Origin: Candidatus Poribacteria bacterium
GTDB taxonomy: Bacteria; Poribacteria; WGA-4E; GCA-2687025
Reading direction: 5' to 3'
NCBI GenBank assembly: GCA_963665845.2
Contig: OY762492.1
Location: forward strand, 3,424,001 to 3,488,000
DNA length: 64,000 bases
Part shown: piece by piece, positions 60,759 through 64,000 of the stretch
How the letters are laid out: every line of letters begins with the position of its first letter
How positions within the stretch are numbered: position 1 is the stretch's first letter
Position numbers and translations under genes: made by a program
Notes under the pieces: model-generated
Seen by the model: the letters and a program-made list of their open reading frames with translations, nothing else
Databases searched by the model: none
What the model was told of the DNA's origin: nothing

Positions 60759-61871
60759 ATGGCAGACGGCAAAGCGTTCCGAATCGGAGTTATCGGCGCG
60801 GGATGGGCGGCGGACGGGCATATCGCCGGGTTCAATATCGACCCGCGCGCGCAGGTTGTCGGCGTCGCCAACCGAACCAGAGAACGCGCCGAAGCGACCG
60901 CTCAAAAACATGGCATCCCGCATGTCGTTGGAAACCACACAGAGCTGCTCAAGCTGGACCTGGACGCTGTCGCGATCACAACGCCCGGCAAATACCATTA
61001 TGAAGCGGCGATGGACGCCTTCGCCGCGGGCTGCCATGTGATCTGCGAAAAGCCGATGGCGATGAACGCCCAAGAAGCGTACGAGATGCAGCGGGCGGGC
61101 AAAGAGCGCGGACTCGCCGGCGCGATGGCGTTCACATGGCGCTACCCCGCGCGGTTCATGCGCATGCGCAAGATGATCGCGGACGGCGAAATCGGGCGCG
61201 TCCATGAGGTTCACGCGCACTGCATGTCCCCCTCAGGCAAAATCTCCGTCGATGGATGGATGAGTCGGCTGGAAGAGGGGGGCGGGCTGCTTTATCAGCT
61301 CGCGTCGCATGAGATTGACCGCGTCCGCGCGCTCATCGGGCGGGAGGCGGAAAGGGTCTGCGGACGACAAAAACGCGCGATCACAAAAGCCGCCGTCGAC
61401 CCGAAAACGCGCTACTTTTTGGAGATGATGCGTTGGCGCCCCGACAAGCCGATTGAGGAATACGAGATGGTCGAAGCGACCGCGGACACCGGCTACGACA
61501 TCATCGCCGACTTTGAGGAGCAGATTGCCGCCGTCTTCCGCGCCGGAAAAGGTCGAGGGGAAAACGGGCGCGTCATTGAAGTGTACGGCGACGAAGGAAC
61601 GCTCATCTTGCGCGAGCATGAGCTGGTCAGAAGCCCCTACGGGGAACGCAAATTTGAGCGCATTGAGGTTCCCGAAACGTTTAGAGAGGCGACGGCGCAT
61701 CTGCCGTACCTGCATCGGCTCTGGGCGGAACTGATTGCCGAGTTCATCAACCTGATGGAAGACAAGGAAAGCCCCGTCCCGACGCTGTGGGACGGCTACA
61801 AAGGCATGCAGATCATCGACGCGGCGCGTATTTCTGGGGCGGAGGAGCGGTGGGTTCGCATAGAGCCTTGA
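60759..61871 (+). CDS. Gfo/Idh/MocA family oxidoreductase
   Basis: IGVIGAG, HVICEKPMA, GGGLLYQLASHEID. Confidence 0.92.
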   Translation: MADGKAFRIGVIGAGWAADGHIAGFNIDPRAQVVGVANRTRERAEATAQKHGIPHVVGNHTELLKLDLDAVAITTPGKYHYEAAMDAFAAGCHVICEKPMAMNAQEAYEMQRAGKERGLAGAMAFTWRYPARFMRMRKMIADGEIGRVHEVHAHCMSPSGKISVDGWMSRLEEGGGLLYQLASHEIDRVRALIGREAERVCGRQKRAITKAAVDPKTRYFLEMMRWRPDKPIEEYEMVEATADTGYDIIADFEEQIAAVFRAGKGRGENGRVIEVYGDEGTLILREHELVRSPYGERKFERIEVPETFREATAHLPYLHRLWAELIAEFINLMEDKESPVPTLWDGYKGMQIIDAARISGAEERWVRIEP

Positions 61872-61907
61872 GGCGCGCGGCAATTTCAGATACTCATGGC
61901 TCCTTTG

Positions 61908-62900
61908 TTATGGTCTTTCGGCGCGGTTTCTGCTCAATCGAAACTCTGGATTCTCGTAGAAATCGTATAGATGCTCAATGCCAAGGCGTCTATAAAGATT
62001 TCGAATGGCCAATGCGACTCTTTCTCTCGTTCCTTCGGGACCTGGCGGGAGGGATGGGGACGGAAAGCTGGTAATCCGACTGCCGTGGGTGACGGGAAGC
62101 TCCCCTTGCGCGGAAACCATAAGCGTTTGCATCTCCTGCCGCAGCAAGGCGGCGCGCGAGGCGGCGCTGTCGCGACGCGCCCGGATCCAATTCGCTTCGA
62201 GGTTTAGGAACCGATCCAACTGCTCTGGAGATGGGCGAAAGCCTGTGCGTTTACCGTAATTCATCACGGTTGGCAAGTTCCCAAAATGCTGAAACGGTTT
62301 TCCCCAGTTGTCTAGTCGTGCTTCGTAAGGCCTCGTTCCGTCTCCGCTCCCTATGGGCGGTTCAAACCCCCAGAAATTTCGATACGATTCCCAGGTTCTT
62401 GGGTCTCGCCAATCGATTTCGAAGGGAGCTATCATTTTGCTTCCTCCCGTTGCTTGGGTCCAATCAATTGAGAGTGGAGGCCCCGTAGGGGTTGCGCGCG
62501 CTGCTTTCAATGATTTCGAATCAACTTTGCGCGTTGTGGTATCCCAATCGGGATTGATACGGTAGGGATTGCCTTGCCGCGTGTAGGCGATCCTTCCGTA
62601 CCGTTCGCACCCAGGGGGAATCAAATTTGAGATTTCGCCGCTTGCAGTACCGGCGGCCGCTTTAGCGCTTGTCGCCGTTTCTTCATTCCGGGCGATTTCC
62701 TCGGCGTTTTCAGGCTTTTCGGCGGGGGCGTCCGGCGTCGTTGCCCGCTCCGTTTTGTCGATCTTGACGACAGGCGACTGGACGAACGTTTCATCGGCGG
62801 GAATGTCGTTCTCGGCGCTGTTGCGGTATGCCAGCCAGAACGCTCCCGCGATGATGAACGCGAGACCGACCAGCGCTCCTCCGATCGCAACTTTTTTCAT
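61908..62900 (-). CDS. Hypothetical membrane-anchored exported protein (paralogue A)
   Basis: MKKVAIGGALVGLAFII... after an AAAGG RBS; paralogous to the next ORF. Confidence 0.8.
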   Translation of the reverse strand: MKKVAIGGALVGLAFIIAGAFWLAYRNSAENDIPADETFVQSPVVKIDKTERATTPDAPAEKPENAEEIARNEETATSAKAAAGTASGEISNLIPPGCERYGRIAYTRQGNPYRINPDWDTTTRKVDSKSLKAARATPTGPPLSIDWTQATGGSKMIAPFEIDWRDPRTWESYRNFWGFEPPIGSGDGTRPYEARLDNWGKPFQHFGNLPTVMNYGKRTGFRPSPEQLDRFLNLEANWIRARRDSAASRAALLRQEMQTLMVSAQGELPVTHGSRITSFPSPSLPPGPEGTRERVALAIRNLYRRLGIEHLYDFYENPEFRLSRNRAERP

Positions 62901-62977
62901 GGCAAAACCCTTTCGTGTCGCTGCTTGCCTGTCGAGTCGTTTCGCATCGCTTCCGCGTTTCATGTTGGTTGTCTGCG

Positions 62978-63937
62978 TTACTTGCGGTTCTTTCTGAAAT
63001 CAGGTTTTTCGTAAAATTCATACAGATGTTCAATGTCCATCCGCTTGTAAAGGTCCCTGATCGCAGCGTCACTGGTTCTTCTTCTGCTTTCACGGGTTCG
63101 TTCCACATTGCCAGTTCCTTGATAGATGATGGCAACAGTCTCGGTATTGGGGAGCATGCCCTGGGCGGAATCCCTGAGATTGCGCATCTTTTGACGCAAT
63201 GCCTCTGCCGCGTCGGAATCGCCAACGAAACGCGCCCGACGCCATTCATCTTCAAGGTTCATATACCGCTCTAACTGCTCAGGGGAGGGTCGAAAACCAG
63301 TCCGTCTGCCATAGTCAATCACGATTGCGGTATTGTCATGCCATTGTATCGGCTTCCCCCAGTTGTCAATCATGGCTCTATAGCGGCTGGAACCGTTGGG
63401 GTTAAAAGGCGGGTCAAAGCCGAAGAAGTTACGGTAAGATTCCCACGCTCTTGGGTCTGTGAAATCAGCTCCTGGCACAAACTTTTTGATCGGATCCGAT
63501 TTTTCCGCTTTCCACCAGGGAAGAGACAGCGGAGGTCCGGTCGGCTCTTCGGCGGCAGCAGCCCACGCGGTCGGATCGTGTATTGACGGCACAGGACCAT
63601 ACTGATGCGGGTTGATGATGTACTCGTTCCCCTGCCGCGTGATCCCAATCATCTCGCCTTTCTCGTTCGTATAGGCGACGCGCGGCTTCGTTACGAGCGG
63701 GGGCGCATCTCCATTCGCCGCGGCTTCCGCTTCGCCTTCTGCCGTTTCGGTCGGGGAGTCCTGCGCGCCTTGCTTGGCGGTCGGCGCCTCCTGGCCGGAC
63801 TGGACGACGGGCGACTGGACGGGCGTCTCATCAACGGCAATGTCGTTCTCGGCGCTGTTGCGGTATGCCAGCCAGAACGCTACCGCGATAATGAACGCGA
63901 GACCGACCAGCGCTCCCCCGATGGCAACTTTTTTCAT
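62978..63937 (-). CDS. Hypothetical membrane-anchored exported protein (paralogue B)
   Basis: Same N-terminus; shared TRQGN.Y.INP, PTGPPLS, WESYRNF.GF.PP, DNWGKP, RTGFRPSPEQL, IEHLY.FYE.P. Confidence 0.8.
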   Translation of the reverse strand: MKKVAIGGALVGLAFIIAVAFWLAYRNSAENDIAVDETPVQSPVVQSGQEAPTAKQGAQDSPTETAEGEAEAAANGDAPPLVTKPRVAYTNEKGEMIGITRQGNEYIINPHQYGPVPSIHDPTAWAAAAEEPTGPPLSLPWWKAEKSDPIKKFVPGADFTDPRAWESYRNFFGFDPPFNPNGSSRYRAMIDNWGKPIQWHDNTAIVIDYGRRTGFRPSPEQLERYMNLEDEWRRARFVGDSDAAEALRQKMRNLRDSAQGMLPNTETVAIIYQGTGNVERTRESRRRTSDAAIRDLYKRMDIEHLYEFYEKPDFRKNRK

Positions 63938-63967
63938 GGCAAATCCTTTCTTTCGTCCGACGCTTTT

Positions 63968-63995
63968 ATTATAGACCATAATTGCATCCGCTCAA
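63968..63995 (-). promoter_or_regulatory. Putative sigma70 promoter
   Basis: Minus strand TTGAGC-N16-TATAAT, 30 nt upstream of ATG 63937. Confidence 0.6.
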
Positions 63996-64000
63996 CTTTA

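Overview
High-GC bacterial chromosome segment. Two giant secreted WD40 + dockerin-like proteins ending in an '[17 protein letters not shown]...LRRMVxLK' domain suggest a Candidatus Poribacteria-like genome (inference). The housekeeping backbone comprises nusA-ylxR-infB, trpS-scpA-scpB-rluB, rplU-rpmA-obgE-proB-proA, hemC-cobA/hemD, a cytochrome c maturation (ccm) operon with a CxxxY-type CcmE, a lipid A acyltransferase-ELM1-PorV-like cluster and an RND pump. It is interrupted by small defence-type modules: a BglII-like type II R-M pair, FRG-TPR plus an MTase/Mrr-like fusion, a prokaryotic viperin, and a DUF488-DUF488-dual-OB-like operon. Most intergenic spaces hold a modular MITE/REP-like repeat family built from ATTCCC-N8-GGGAAT and CCCCCTTGAAAAGGGGG hairpins. 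Highlights: (1) the viperin sits in a ~1.2 kb integrase-less cassette bounded by a perfect 52-bp duplication of the 3' end of a nucleotide-sugar dehydrogenase gene; (2) a 1.78k-aa WD40 surface protein has a C26 tract in its signal-peptide region that puts the RBS-supported ATG out of frame, and near-identical blades that vary at few positions and appear shuffled; (3) both giant proteins share a ~1.5 kb constant C-terminal module with different N-terminal cargo; (4) a MITE with an 8-bp target duplication is nested in the end of another MITE. No rRNA, tRNA, CRISPR array, transposase or integrase was recognised. Family assignments come from motif recognition by eye, not database searches.
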